Both the position numbers and the translations under genes were made by a program. Shown here piece after piece: positions 8,925 to 18,008 of a stretch of DNA of 64,000 nt. The stretch is from a virus (taxonomy: Duplodnaviria; Caudoviricetes). The stretch lies in IMG/VR virus record IMGVR_UViG_3300017766_003652, positions 25,012-89,011 of that record, one strand, 5' to 3'. The notes beneath the pieces are model-generated. The model was not told where the DNA came from, made no database searches, and was given only the letters and a program-made list of their open reading frames with translations. The number at the start of each line of letters is the position of its first letter. Position 1 is the stretch's first letter.

Positions 8925-9530
8925 ATGTCGATTCTAGCCGTTGCCGCTCCACTCCTAGCCAAGACTGTTCTCCCGTTACTGGGCAAGGGGGTCGTCAAAC
9001 TGATGGACAAGATTCACGGTCGAGGGGATGCCGATAAGAACCCGACCAAGAAGTTCGATGCCGTAGTCACTTTCCGTGCCCTGATGTCGGCCCTCGAACA
9101 GACCCTGCCCGGTCTCAGCCTCCCGGTCGGGGATGAGGTCGGCGCCTTGATTGAGCAGTACCATGCCGAGCTGAAGGCTGCCGGGGTCCTAAAGGGCTTT
9201 GATACCGAGATGGAGGACCCCACCATCCCCTCACCTTCCTCACCTTCCTCACCTTCCTCACCTGCTCCCGTTCCCCGCTCTCTCCCTGCCGCCATCCTGG
9301 CTCCGCCCTCCCTCCTGATGGAACTGGTGGATATTGCCCGGCTCCATCACAAGCGCACGGTTGGCCTCTGCTACCAGGTGGAGGAACTTCTGGGGCAGGG
9401 CCCAACGGTCGGGGTCTACCAGGTGGAGGCCTCCTCCCAGAAGACCTTAGCCGACTTCTGGGCTGGCAAACTGGGCAAACCCCAGCCGAGCCAGGAGGTT
9501 GCCCCGGAGGATAAAGATGCCGAAGGATGA
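8925..9530 (+). CDS. Hypothetical protein with hydrophobic N-terminus and SSP repeat
   Basis: AAAGGA upstream; 9-bp repeat ccttcctca. Confidence 0.6.
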   Translation: MSILAVAAPLLAKTVLPLLGKGVVKLMDKIHGRGDADKNPTKKFDAVVTFRALMSALEQTLPGLSLPVGDEVGALIEQYHAELKAAGVLKGFDTEMEDPTIPSPSSPSSPSSPAPVPRSLPAAILAPPSLLMELVDIARLHHKRTVGLCYQVEELLGQGPTVGVYQVEASSQKTLADFWAGKLGKPQPSQEVAPEDKDAEG

Positions 9531-9870
9531 ACCGAAAGAGCCTATCAACCTTGGGACCGGGACCTCGCTTTCCTTTGATGGGAAGCCCCTCTACTCCCTA
9601 ACGCAACTGACCATCTCGAACCCGGAGTCCGCAAAGCTCCTATTCGGGCACCCCATCATTGAAGCCGCGGATGCCGAGTTCGATCTGTCCCAGATCAAGT
9701 TCGGTCCCCTCCAGCCACAGGCCCCGGAGGACCGGCTGTACTACTTTGAATTCCCCAACGGAGCCAGGCGTGGACCGTACCGGGTCATCGAACAAAAGCC
9801 GGGGACTGATGAGGAGGGGAATGCCACTCTTGACCTCGTATTCCAGGAGGTCAAGGACAAGGAACTCTAG
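9517..9870 (+). CDS. Hypothetical protein
   Basis: GGAGG upstream of MPKDEPK. Confidence 0.55.
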   Translation: MPKDEPKEPINLGTGTSLSFDGKPLYSLTQLTISNPESAKLLFGHPIIEAADAEFDLSQIKFGPLQPQAPEDRLYYFEFPNGARRGPYRVIEQKPGTDEEGNATLDLVFQEVKDKEL

Positions 9871-9897
9871 GATCGACTACAGAGAGCCGGAGGATGC

Positions 9898-9929
9898 GGG
9901 GGTACTCAAGGGTGCCCCCTTTCTCTTTT
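9898..9929 (+). terminator. Intrinsic terminator-like hairpin
   Basis: GGGGGTACT-CAA-GGGTGCCCCC followed by TTTCTCTTTT. Confidence 0.6.
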
Positions 9930-10038
9930 GGAGTCCCTCAGTGGATGCCAGCCGGGATTGCCGCGACTTTACAGGGGTCGAGCGGGGTCGATTATCAAGG
10001 GGAGCCGGTTCCCGGCATCTCAAACACAAGGACCTCCA

Positions 10039-11268
10039 ATGAATACACAATTCCGCAAGTGGGCAGTACTCCTGCTGCTCCTGTTCTGCTCCCTGGGTCT
10101 CCACGCTCAGGGCTCCGCTCCTGACTGTAAGCTCGATTTCGTTCTCACCTCCGCCAGCAACTCCAGCACCTACGACAACCGGAGCGGCTACTGCTCCACC
10201 TGGGTCGTCTCCTACAATTCGGTGGGCTTTACCAGCACGCTGGCCCTCACCGTTCAGCACGCTCCCTTGGCCGCGGGCGGAGTCGCCGGGACCTGGGCAA
10301 CCTTTGGCGGAACGGTCGTGTCCGGCATCAATCCCAACACCAGCGTCGCTCAGGGCACCACCCGTCTAGAAGGCTATTACCCGTTCATGCGGGTCAATCT
10401 GGCTTCCCTGACCGGAACCGGCACGGTAACCGGGCGGCTGTACGGGTATCGGTACGTGGCGAGTAAGGTGACCGAGTCCAGTACCGGAAGCGGGCTTACC
10501 GAGGTAGCGACCACGGATATCGCCGCCGGCTCGGCCAACGGCAACGGCACCAAGTTCCAGCTCTTCACGGGCAGTACCGCTACTAATGACTGTGCCAAGT
10601 TTGATGCCAACGGCAACATTGTCTCGGCAGGTGCGGCCTGCGCCTCCGGTACGGTGCCCACTGTGACGGTGCCCTATATCAATGTGGGCGGTACGCTTTA
10701 CGGACCGGTGTATACGTTCACGGACCCCTCCTTGCCTAGCTACTCCTGGGTCAATCAGGGGACCGCGACTATTACCAGTTCCAACGGGGCCCAGATCCTT
10801 TACTCGCCGGATAGCGCGGGGGCCGTGGCTATCCATGCGCGGGAGATCACGCCACCGGCCGCCCCGTATACTCTGACGGTCGCTATGCTTGCCTCTCAGC
10901 TGTCCGTCAACTATTACAGAACGGGCATCGGCTTTCGGGAATCCGGTACCGGCAAGCTGACAACGATTAACGCCACGGTGGGCAACCTCGCCATTGACTA
11001 CTGGACGAACCCCACTACCTACTCAAGTACGCCGCTGAACATCAGCTGCACGTGGTGCGCAGGGGGTGTAGTCTGGTACCGGATTCAGAACACCGGGAGC
11101 GCCCTGAAGTACTATCTCTCAAAGGACTCTTTCAACTACGTGGAGATTTACTCCACCGCCTTGACGTCCCACTTCACGACCGCTCCCGACCGCATCTTCT
11201 TCTTTGTTAACCCCAACGCCGCCACATACGGCGTTGGGGTAACCGTCCTGTCCTGGCTGGTCTCTTAG
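10039..11268 (+). CDS. Predicted secreted beta-rich protein
   Basis: MNTQFRKWAVLLLLLFCSLGLHA-QG signal peptide; Thr/Ser/Gly-rich. Confidence 0.7.
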   Translation: MNTQFRKWAVLLLLLFCSLGLHAQGSAPDCKLDFVLTSASNSSTYDNRSGYCSTWVVSYNSVGFTSTLALTVQHAPLAAGGVAGTWATFGGTVVSGINPNTSVAQGTTRLEGYYPFMRVNLASLTGTGTVTGRLYGYRYVASKVTESSTGSGLTEVATTDIAAGSANGNGTKFQLFTGSTATNDCAKFDANGNIVSAGAACASGTVPTVTVPYINVGGTLYGPVYTFTDPSLPSYSWVNQGTATITSSNGAQILYSPDSAGAVAIHAREITPPAAPYTLTVAMLASQLSVNYYRTGIGFRESGTGKLTTINATVGNLAIDYWTNPTTYSSTPLNISCTWCAGGVVWYRIQNTGSALKYYLSKDSFNYVEIYSTALTSHFTTAPDRIFFFVNPNAATYGVGVTVLSWLVS

Positions 11269-11296
11269 CCTAACCCCTATCTATTCAAGGAGCCTT

Positions 11297-11773
11297 ATGC
11301 CGCGCTTTATCCTTCTCCTCTGCCTCGCCTGCGTCCTCCCCTTAATGGGGCAATCGACCCAGGTCACCCCCTCTCAGCTCAAGGTCGGAACCAACCTTGT
11401 GACCTCTGGTAACACGACCCTCCTCGGTTACGCCTTTGGTGGCTCGTTCCGGATCGTGAAACAGGGACCCGGTCTCAAGCTAACGCCGAACTCGGACGGC
11501 ACGCTCACCCTCAGCATCGACCTCAGCCAGCTCCGCCTAGTGATGGTCAACGAAACCCGCCCTCTGCTCCGGAACTCGACCGGGGCATATGAGGGAGCGA
11601 CCCCCTCCTGCGCAATCTTCCGCAACGGGCTGGCCCAGAATCCGGGCGTTGACTATACCTTCTCCGGCAACACGGTCGTGCCGAACTCTCAGTACCCCTG
11701 GTCTGCGGGTGATGCGGACAACCCGCCCGATACGGCCGTGGCGGTCTGCCCGGTCCTGGTGGCTGCCCCGTAA
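11297..11773 (+). CDS. Predicted secreted protein
   Basis: MPRFILLLCLACVLPLMG-QSTQVTPSQLK; FRNGLAQNPGVDYTFSGNTV motif; AAGGAG upstream. Confidence 0.7.
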   Translation: MPRFILLLCLACVLPLMGQSTQVTPSQLKVGTNLVTSGNTTLLGYAFGGSFRIVKQGPGLKLTPNSDGTLTLSIDLSQLRLVMVNETRPLLRNSTGAYEGATPSCAIFRNGLAQNPGVDYTFSGNTVVPNSQYPWSAGDADNPPDTAVAVCPVLVAAP

Positions 11774-11801
11774 TATCAAGGAGCGGCGTTCCATTCCCTC
11801 A

Positions 11802-11836
11802 AGGGGGCCCGGTGGAAGCCGCGGCCCCCTCTTTTT
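11802..11836 (+). terminator. Intrinsic terminator
   Basis: AGGGGGCC...GGCCCCCT plus T tract. Confidence 0.55.
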
Positions 11837-12046
11837 ATGAAACATACACATCAAAACAAAACAGATGGCACGCAGCTTCAGAGTTCCGAGTACTGGACTC
11901 AGTTCCTAACCGTAGCCAGGATGAACCGCTGGAACCATATCCGGTTCCGGGCCGGGGTCCATCAGGTCTCCCGGGAACAGGCGGTTGACCTCATTATGCG
12001 GCTGCCCCTGGATCAGCGCGGGCATATCTGGGCCAACCTCCAGTAG
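11837..12046 (+). CDS. Hypothetical protein
   Basis: 69-aa ORF. Confidence 0.45.
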   Translation: MKHTHQNKTDGTQLQSSEYWTQFLTVARMNRWNHIRFRAGVHQVSREQAVDLIMRLPLDQRGHIWANLQ

Positions 12047-12057
12047 AAAGGGAACCG

Positions 12058-12567
12058 ATGGTAGACTTTGCCTCCAAACTCCGCACCCAGCGCACGGTCT
12101 CCTTCAGCGGCAAGAGGATCTACCGCTACTGGCTACAGATCGTCTGGAATGAGGACAAGCCCTTCCTGCCCATCATTGGGCTAAACCCTTCGACCGCGGA
12201 CGAGACCCAGGATGACCCCACGATAACCCGATGCCGCGGCTTCGCTCATCGGTTCGGGTGCGGTGGGCTCCTCATGCTCAATGTGTTTGCCTACCGATCA
12301 ACGGACCCCGCGGGTCTCTGGAAGACTGATTCCCCGATAGGCCGGCGGAACGTACTGCCCAACCTCAAAGAATGGATTGCCGGGGCGGGGCACCCTCCTG
12401 TAGCCGCATGGGGAGTCAACGCCCATAAGCGGGACCCGCTCTGGGTCGATATCCTGACCCGCAACCTGGACCTCTACTGCCTCCGGCATACCAAGTCCGG
12501 GCACCCGGAGCATCCCCTCTACCTGCCCGCGGACCTGGACCTGAAACCCTGGAAAGGAACTCGATGA
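12058..12567 (+). CDS. DUF1643 family protein
   Basis: GLNPSTADETQDDPTITRC, NVFAYRSTDP, AAWG and HPLY motifs. Confidence 0.9.
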   Translation: MVDFASKLRTQRTVSFSGKRIYRYWLQIVWNEDKPFLPIIGLNPSTADETQDDPTITRCRGFAHRFGCGGLLMLNVFAYRSTDPAGLWKTDSPIGRRNVLPNLKEWIAGAGHPPVAAWGVNAHKRDPLWVDILTRNLDLYCLRHTKSGHPEHPLYLPADLDLKPWKGTR

Positions 12568-13115
12568 AACTTCTACTCCTCCTACTTCTTTTGCCTGTTT
12601 ATGGGCAGACCCGGATATCACTGGAGCAACTCCAGGGAAACGGCACCAGCCCCAAGGCTGTATGGAACAGCCGTGGGATGAGGGGGCAACATGTCCACCC
12701 GAGCCAGGTGCGGGCAGTCCGCCCCAGTATCTCCGTCTCTGGGGCAAGGACCCTGGCGATCTCCACCCCGACCATCTCCTGCGAGGTAACCCTGAAGCCC
12801 TCTTTCGGAGGGATCGTCCAGGTTGTTTACTATCGCGGCAGGTTGGCCCTGCTCTCCGGCTACTTTGATTCGGTTGGCTACAACAGAACGCGGGATCTCC
12901 TCAGCATAACGGGGCCCTGCCTCCCTATCGATACCGTTGCCGGAACCTATCCTGCCGGCATCAATGGCTTTCTGTGGTTCTCGACGATCGGGATGCCCCA
13001 GTCTACCGCCCCATTCCGAGGGGTCTATCATGAGGTGGTTCCCTACTCCTACGCCATGGACCAGTCAGGGTTCACCTCAGTGACTGGACCTAGCGGGAAG
13101 GCCTCCACTCCTTGA
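12564..13115 (+). CDS. Predicted secreted protein
   Basis: MKLLLLLLLLPVYG-QTRISLEQLQ. Confidence 0.7.
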   Translation: MKLLLLLLLLPVYGQTRISLEQLQGNGTSPKAVWNSRGMRGQHVHPSQVRAVRPSISVSGARTLAISTPTISCEVTLKPSFGGIVQVVYYRGRLALLSGYFDSVGYNRTRDLLSITGPCLPIDTVAGTYPAGINGFLWFSTIGMPQSTAPFRGVYHEVVPYSYAMDQSGFTSVTGPSGKASTP

Positions 13116-13154
13116 TCCTCCCTCTGTCGTACCATCAGGCTAGGAGACGTTTTC

Positions 13155-13424
13155 ATGAATCAACCACCCACTGATGACCCCCTCGCCCCTGGCACCTCCC
13201 TGGAGCGAGCCCAAGCCGAAGAAATCGCAGCTCTACGAGCCCGGAGGGATGGGCTCCTGGCGGGAGCCGCTACCTCGGCCGATGAGCGCCGGGCTCTGCA
13301 GAAGAGAATCACAGAGCTCGACGCCGCACGCCTTGGGGCCTCTGCCACCATCGAGGTGCTCGGCAAGTACATCCTGAAATGCAAAGCCAAGTTTGCCGCC
13401 ATGGGGCAAGAGGCCCCGGAGTAA
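13155..13424 (+). CDS. Coiled-coil hypothetical protein
   Basis: AGGAG upstream; heptad pattern. Confidence 0.6.
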   Translation: MNQPPTDDPLAPGTSLERAQAEEIAALRARRDGLLAGAATSADERRALQKRITELDAARLGASATIEVLGKYILKCKAKFAAMGQEAPE

Positions 13425-13427
13425 CCC

Positions 13428-13979
13428 ATGAATCTCAATCGCCGCGGTTTCATCTCCTCCATCATGTCGGGCCTCTCAGCCATGGGACTCCTGACGGCCG
13501 CTACCCCCTCGGTGGAATCCATGCTCAAGCGCCCGGAGCTGACCCCGCCGCCGGCTCCACCGCAGGATCAGCTCAAGTTCTGGAAGTTCCTGGTGGAGCG
13601 GTACCGGAAAGGGGACGAGTTCTACCTGCATGGGGACATCTCCGGGTTCCTCAAGGAATGGCGCCTTGAGACCAAAAGGGAATACATGGACATCACCAGC
13701 CTCACTGATATCCACCACCAGTACGCCCCCTGCTACCAAGGGATTGATATGCGCATGGAACTCCAGCTCCAGGATGCCCCGCCGACCACGTTCCATATCC
13801 AGCGGCTGGACTCCGGCAAGGTCCATCTGCTTGATAAGCCGATTCTCACAAAGGATCTCCCACCGCGGACCTCCCTGATTCTCCTGCCTCCCATGTGGCA
13901 GTCTGATGAGCAGACCGCCCTTTACCTACCGGACGCCCGGTACATTATCACAAGGGCGGACCATGGCCTGGAGATCTGA
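13428..13979 (+). CDS. Protein with twin-arginine (Tat)-like signal
   Basis: MNLNRRGFISSIMSGLSAMGLLTAA. Confidence 0.65.
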   Translation: MNLNRRGFISSIMSGLSAMGLLTAATPSVESMLKRPELTPPPAPPQDQLKFWKFLVERYRKGDEFYLHGDISGFLKEWRLETKREYMDITSLTDIHHQYAPCYQGIDMRMELQLQDAPPTTFHIQRLDSGKVHLLDKPILTKDLPPRTSLILLPPMWQSDEQTALYLPDARYIITRADHGLEI

Positions 13980-13997
13980 TTCCCCGGTTAGCGAGAG

Positions 13998-14024
13998 GGG
14001 CCCCGGTCGGGGCCCTTTTCTTTT
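13998..14024 (+). terminator. Intrinsic terminator
   Basis: GGGCCCC-GGTC-GGGGCCC plus TTTTCTTTT. Confidence 0.8.
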
Positions 14025-14039
14025 GTCTGGAGATCGGTC

Positions 14040-14078
14040 TTGCCAGGGTCGGCAAAATGGGCGTACTCTGATGGCATG
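14040..14078 (+). promoter_or_regulatory. Sigma70-type promoter with palindromic operator, leaderless
   Basis: TTGCCA-N18-TACTCT-N6-ATG; TTGCC-N6-GGCAA overlaps -35. Confidence 0.65.
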
Positions 14079-14414
14079 AGTTCCAAACTACCTACCGTTC
14101 AACCGACCCTGCAATCGCCGGACCTCCTGGTCCAGCATGGCACCTACCACCTCCACCATCTCCTGTTCCCCTTCCTCGGATTCGACCGGGAACTGACCCG
14201 CGTCCTGGAGGGAGAGGGGCCGAACTATATCGCCTCCTACACCCCCTGTGGCAAGGATATCAACGCCCTGTTTGAATCCTTCAACACCCTGGCAACTCGC
14301 CTCCTCAAGGAGAAGGAACGGGACTCCAAGGCGGAGCGGTTCAAGGTTATCCGCCGCCTCCAGGGGCTCGCAGTGGATGTGATTGAGACCGCCAGCGTTT
14401 ACGCCTTCGGTTGA
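14076..14414 (+). CDS. Hypothetical protein
   Basis: ATG 6 nt after -10 box. Confidence 0.6.
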   Translation: MSSKLPTVQPTLQSPDLLVQHGTYHLHHLLFPFLGFDRELTRVLEGEGPNYIASYTPCGKDINALFESFNTLATRLLKEKERDSKAERFKVIRRLQGLAVDVIETASVYAFG

Positions 14415-14438
14415 TCCGGTTCCAACCTCGTCTAAGGT

Positions 14439-14470
14439 AGTCGCCCTAGTTTGCCGCTAGGGCGACTTTT
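14439..14470 (+). terminator. Intrinsic terminator
   Basis: AGTCGCCCTAG-N7-CTAGGGCGACT plus TTT. Confidence 0.7.
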
Positions 14471-14474
14471 CGGG

Positions 14475-14513
14475 TTGCCTTGATCGGCAAAACCGGCGTA
14501 ATATCATCTCATG
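14475..14513 (+). promoter_or_regulatory. Sigma70-type promoter with palindromic operator, leaderless
   Basis: TTGCCT-N18-TAATAT-N6-ATG; TTGCC-N6-GGCAA. Confidence 0.65.
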
Positions 14514-14891
14514 GTTAAACATACTTACAACGTAACGACGCCGAACGGCACCTTTGCCCGCACGACCGCCCACACCTATGGGTTCCTGGTCTGCAGCCTC
14601 GGGGAAGATGAAGCGGTTATCGCCGACCGGCACGCCCTCCACACCAAGTGGTCCCTCAAGCCGGGGCAGAACTGGCTCACCCCGAAACCCCTGGATGTCC
14701 TACTGGCCGCAAACGCCGCCACGATCGCCTCCGGTCAGGGTATGTGCCACGGTTGGTCCGGTACCAAGGAAAACGCCATCCGCCTCCTCAATAGCCTCAA
14801 GGCGGAACGGGTATCCCGGAGACACCGCGGGGGTGGGATGAGCACCCCGGTCGGTTACCGCAACCTGATGGTCGTCGAGGTTCCCCAGTAA
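14511..14891 (+). CDS. Hypothetical protein
   Basis: 126-aa ORF directly after promoter. Confidence 0.65.
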   Translation: MVKHTYNVTTPNGTFARTTAHTYGFLVCSLGEDEAVIADRHALHTKWSLKPGQNWLTPKPLDVLLAANAATIASGQGMCHGWSGTKENAIRLLNSLKAERVSRRHRGGGMSTPVGYRNLMVVEVPQ

Positions 14892-14965
14892 GGGGAACCC
14901 GCCTGCGGCGTAAGGCAACATACCTATTGAGCCCGGGTCAGACCCGGGCGTACCATCAAACCAAG

Positions 14966-15055
14966 ATGAACGACTACTATCAGTACCTTCCCTACGTTAT
15001 CGGCGCCCTCCTGTTCTGGGGGATCTACCGTCAGATAACCGCACGGCACAAGTAA
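14966..15055 (+). CDS. Small membrane peptide (29 aa)
   Basis: MNDYYQYLPYVIGALLFWGIYRQITARHK; TACCAT at 14951. Confidence 0.4.
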   Translation: MNDYYQYLPYVIGALLFWGIYRQITARHK

Positions 15056-15066
15056 AGGAGCCCCCT

Positions 15067-15237
15067 ATGACACTCGAAGAGTGTAAAGCCCTGTTCCTCC
15101 AGGACCACGGCTACGAAGCCTCCCTTTCCGCATCCCCGGTACTCCATGCCTACCGGAAAGGGCTTATCAATCAGACCCAGGCGGTCACCCTCATGACTGA
15201 GGCCCGCAACCTCCGGGAGGGGACCCCATGCACCTAG
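15067..15237 (+). CDS. Small hypothetical protein (56 aa)
   Basis: AAGGAG upstream; manual translation MTLEECKALF. Confidence 0.5.
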   Translation: MTLEECKALFLQDHGYEASLSASPVLHAYRKGLINQTQAVTLMTEARNLREGTPCT

Positions 15238-15392
15238 ACCCCACTCCCACTCTCGTTAACGGCATCGCCACCCTGTTCCTCCTCCTGGCTGGGGCCTGGC
15301 TCCTGTTCGACGATCTGATGTCCAGGGCTCACTACAAGCGGCTCCTGCGGCAACGCCTGGACGAGATCCATGCGAGGCGGTATGGACGGTAA
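15228..15392 (+). CDS. Small membrane protein (54 aa)
   Basis: GGAGG upstream; GIATLFLLLAGAWLLF helix. Confidence 0.5.
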   Translation: MHLDPTPTLVNGIATLFLLLAGAWLLFDDLMSRAHYKRLLRQRLDEIHARRYGR

Positions 15393-15615
15393 CTCCCAGT
15401 TCCTTGGGGTCCTCCGGGCGGTACGGACCAGCCTGGGTCCAGAAGGTGCCGGACCGGAGGGGTTTGCGCGGGCAATCTCGGTTACCTGCAAGACCCTGGA
15501 CCTCTGCCCCCATTGTTTGGCCGGCAAAGGTACCGTACTGAATACAAGATCCGGCAGACTGGAGACCTGCCCCTCCTGCCGCGGGGTCGGAGCGTACCAT
15601 CAAAACGAGCCATGA
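15382..15615 (+). CDS. Small CxxCxGxG zinc-finger protein
   Basis: CPHCLAGKG and CPSCRGVG. Confidence 0.55.
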   Translation: MDGNSQFLGVLRAVRTSLGPEGAGPEGFARAISVTCKTLDLCPHCLAGKGTVLNTRSGRLETCPSCRGVGAYHQNEP

Positions 15616-15920
15616 AATACATCACCATTGAAGTAGACCACGAGCATCTCCCTATCCGGTACGGGTTTGTGTTCCCGGAGGAGATGATTCACGCCGAGAT
15701 GGCAAAGTATATGTGCCATGCACTGTACCGCCAGTTTCCGAGGACTACCGTCAAGGTTATCGGAGCCGGTTTCATCTCTAATACCTGGCAGGTGTACGGC
15801 GAGTCCGAGAGCCTCAAACTCAAGGTGGCCCCTGGCGATCAGGAGGTCTTCACCTATGGACCCCGTAACGCGGCCCAGTTGAAACAGCTAGCCGAGATGG
15901 GAGCGCAAATCAAACTATGA
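15612..15920 (+). CDS. Hypothetical protein
   Basis: ATGA overlaps at both ends. Confidence 0.6.
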   Translation: MKYITIEVDHEHLPIRYGFVFPEEMIHAEMAKYMCHALYRQFPRTTVKVIGAGFISNTWQVYGESESLKLKVAPGDQEVFTYGPRNAAQLKQLAEMGAQIKL

Positions 15921-16408
15921 GCCGCATCTTCTCCTCCTCAGCCAGTGCCGAGAAAGCCGGGCTGGCTACCTTCGATACCCTGGAGGGTTCCCACCGTTGG
16001 GAACTGGAGATCAGGGAGCACGGACCGGCAGAGTACTGCTACCACCTAACTCTGTTCCACGAAGAGGGCCCGTTCCTCGATGTCTGGGAGACCGATGTGG
16101 GGGAGTTTGTTGCCAAGGCTCGCCACCCTACCCTCCGCAAGGCCGTCCTCTTCATCTCGGCCAAGACCGCACCCAAGGCTGTCGATGCCCTCCTAAACGC
16201 AGCGCAAGAGTACATCCATGCCCTACGCAATGAGTTGAGTGCCACCGCCCTGATGATGAAGGCGGATGCTCAGGTCTACCGGCAATGCAAACGGGCACGC
16301 AAGGAAGTACTGCCCCGCATAACCCATCAGGAGTCACCCAATGGACAACGGCAGCGACCTTCTAATCTCCGCGGAACTCGAACGGTACAAGCGGGAGAAC
16401 CGGGATAA
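15917..16408 (+). CDS. Hypothetical protein
   Basis: 163-aa ORF coupled to upstream ORF. Confidence 0.55.
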   Translation: MSRIFSSSASAEKAGLATFDTLEGSHRWELEIREHGPAEYCYHLTLFHEEGPFLDVWETDVGEFVAKARHPTLRKAVLFISAKTAPKAVDALLNAAQEYIHALRNELSATALMMKADAQVYRQCKRARKEVLPRITHQESPNGQRQRPSNLRGTRTVQAGEPG

Positions 16409-16601
16409 CCGGGCCCTAGTAGCCAGGCTTCGAGAGGAGATCGGGCTTCTCCGGGATCGGGAGGAGCGCCTCCAGGCTCAAGCCATCCGACAGTCCCGGC
16501 AACTCCGGGCGGGGATGCTTCTGGAGGAGAGATTCCCTCAGCTCAAGACGGGACCCATCGAGCCCGTTATCAACTCCCTGTATATCCGAGATGTATCATA
16601 G
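16341..16601 (+). CDS. Coiled-coil hypothetical protein
   Basis: AGGAG upstream. Confidence 0.55.
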   Translation: MDNGSDLLISAELERYKRENRDNRALVARLREEIGLLRDREERLQAQAIRQSRQLRAGMLLEERFPQLKTGPIEPVINSLYIRDVS

Positions 16602-16604
16602 AGT

Positions 16605-16856
16605 ATGCCTCAGCAACTCAAGATAACCGCGGTCGCGCAACCTGTACCCCAGACCCTCCTGCCGTACTCGGCGATTCTCTCCGCTTTTGGATTTCAGGCA
16701 GTCCTGCTCCTGACGTTTGGGTTGCTGGTCTGCCGGTATCATAAGCACAAACTCATCCACCTCTGTCAAAAGGACCCCAATGAAAAAGCCCACAAAGAAA
16801 CCCACTCGCAGCCGGCTAATCGAGGCCGACGCTCTGGCAACCCCTCTCGTCAATAG
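16605..16856 (+). CDS. Hypothetical membrane protein
   Basis: AILSAFGFQAVLLLTFGLLVC helix. Confidence 0.4.
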   Translation: MPQQLKITAVAQPVPQTLLPYSAILSAFGFQAVLLLTFGLLVCRYHKHKLIHLCQKDPNEKAHKETHSQPANRGRRSGNPSRQ

Positions 16857-17142
16857 AGGGGCCGGTCAGGGTAAACCCTCACCCTCCTCCTCAAAGAAGC
16901 CTGTAGCGGCTCCTACACCGGCTTATACCCCCAATAACGGGCGGGAGACTGAGCAACTCCTCCGGGTCATCCTGGATCAGTACCGGGACAAGACCCGGGA
17001 GCTGCTCTCCCGGAGTTTCCCCGGCTCGCTCCCTCCCGCCGCGGACGACTCGGTCCTGCTCTCTGGGCTCGAGTCAATCATCCGCTCCTTTGGCCCCCAG
17101 AAACCGGCGATGCCTGGACCGTCCAAGGTAAAGCGCCGATAA
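16780..17142 (+). CDS. Hypothetical basic protein
   Basis: AAGGA upstream of MKKPTKK. Confidence 0.55.
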   Translation: MKKPTKKPTRSRLIEADALATPLVNRGAGQGKPSPSSSKKPVAAPTPAYTPNNGRETEQLLRVILDQYRDKTRELLSRSFPGSLPPAADDSVLLSGLESIIRSFGPQKPAMPGPSKVKRR

Positions 17143-17178
17143 CTAAAGCGAATCCTCCGTTCTGTAGCACAAACTCAT

Positions 17179-17212
17179 GGCGCCAGGGGTCCTCACTCTG
17201 GCGCCTCTTTTT
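17179..17212 (+). terminator. Intrinsic terminator
   Basis: GGCGCCAG...CTGGCGCC plus TCTTTTT. Confidence 0.65.
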
Positions 17213-17258
17213 ATGGGGAGTTGCCCGGAGGCTTGGAACCGGGGTATAGATTAAGGGC

Positions 17259-18008
17259 ATGGCCAAACCGAAGCCGATTAACACGAAGTCCCGCCGCCAA
17301 AGTAGCGCCAGGGCTCCGGGACCCAGGGTGTCAGCCACCCGTAATATGAAGGGGAAACCTCCCTCGGCCAAGCGCAAACCTCCTAAGCCTGGAGCCGCCA
17401 ACCTGATGACCGCGGAAGCCCTCATCTCCTCCCAGCTAAAGGGCGTAGACGAGTTCGCATCCTTGGTTCAACCCTACTTCCTCAAGATCAGCGATGTGGT
17501 CCGAGGGGTAACCCTCCCCATGCAACCGAGTGACGACATCATCCGGGCTATCGGGCACTTGGTCCGGCTAGGCAACTTCCCGGAGGTGGCGGCTCGGGCC
17601 TTGGGAGTACGCACCCATCTGTTCCGGGAGTGGGTAGCCTTGGGACTCAAGGACCCCCACAGCTCCTACGGTCGGCTCGTTGCAGCGATTGATATCGCCG
17701 ATGCGCAGGACGAGATCTCCGATGTCCAGCTCATCACCATCGGCGTTAAGCACTGGAGCGCGCTCGCCTGGAAACGTGAGCGCAAAACGGCACGGCGCTG
17801 GAAACCCAAGTTCGAGCACACGATCATTGGAACAGATGACTATGGTGGCGGAGGTACTCCAAAGTATGAGCACGTGCCGGATGCCAACACCGCCGAGTCA
17901 ATCCTTCAAACTTTACAAGACCTGGGAGTACTACACAATGTCATGCCATTACCCACCAAGGACTCAGAAGCCCCTGTGGCTGAGGATGAAGATGAGGGTG
18001 CCGGCTAG
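17259..18008 (+). CDS. terS: Probable terminase small subunit
   Basis: HTH-like AARALGV...FREW, then helical domain with WSALAWKRER motif typical of small-terminase-like proteins; upstream of TerL. Confidence 0.55.
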   Translation: MAKPKPINTKSRRQSSARAPGPRVSATRNMKGKPPSAKRKPPKPGAANLMTAEALISSQLKGVDEFASLVQPYFLKISDVVRGVTLPMQPSDDIIRAIGHLVRLGNFPEVAARALGVRTHLFREWVALGLKDPHSSYGRLVAAIDIADAQDEISDVQLITIGVKHWSALAWKRERKTARRWKPKFEHTIIGTDDYGGGGTPKYEHVPDANTAESILQTLQDLGVLHNVMPLPTKDSEAPVAEDEDEGAG

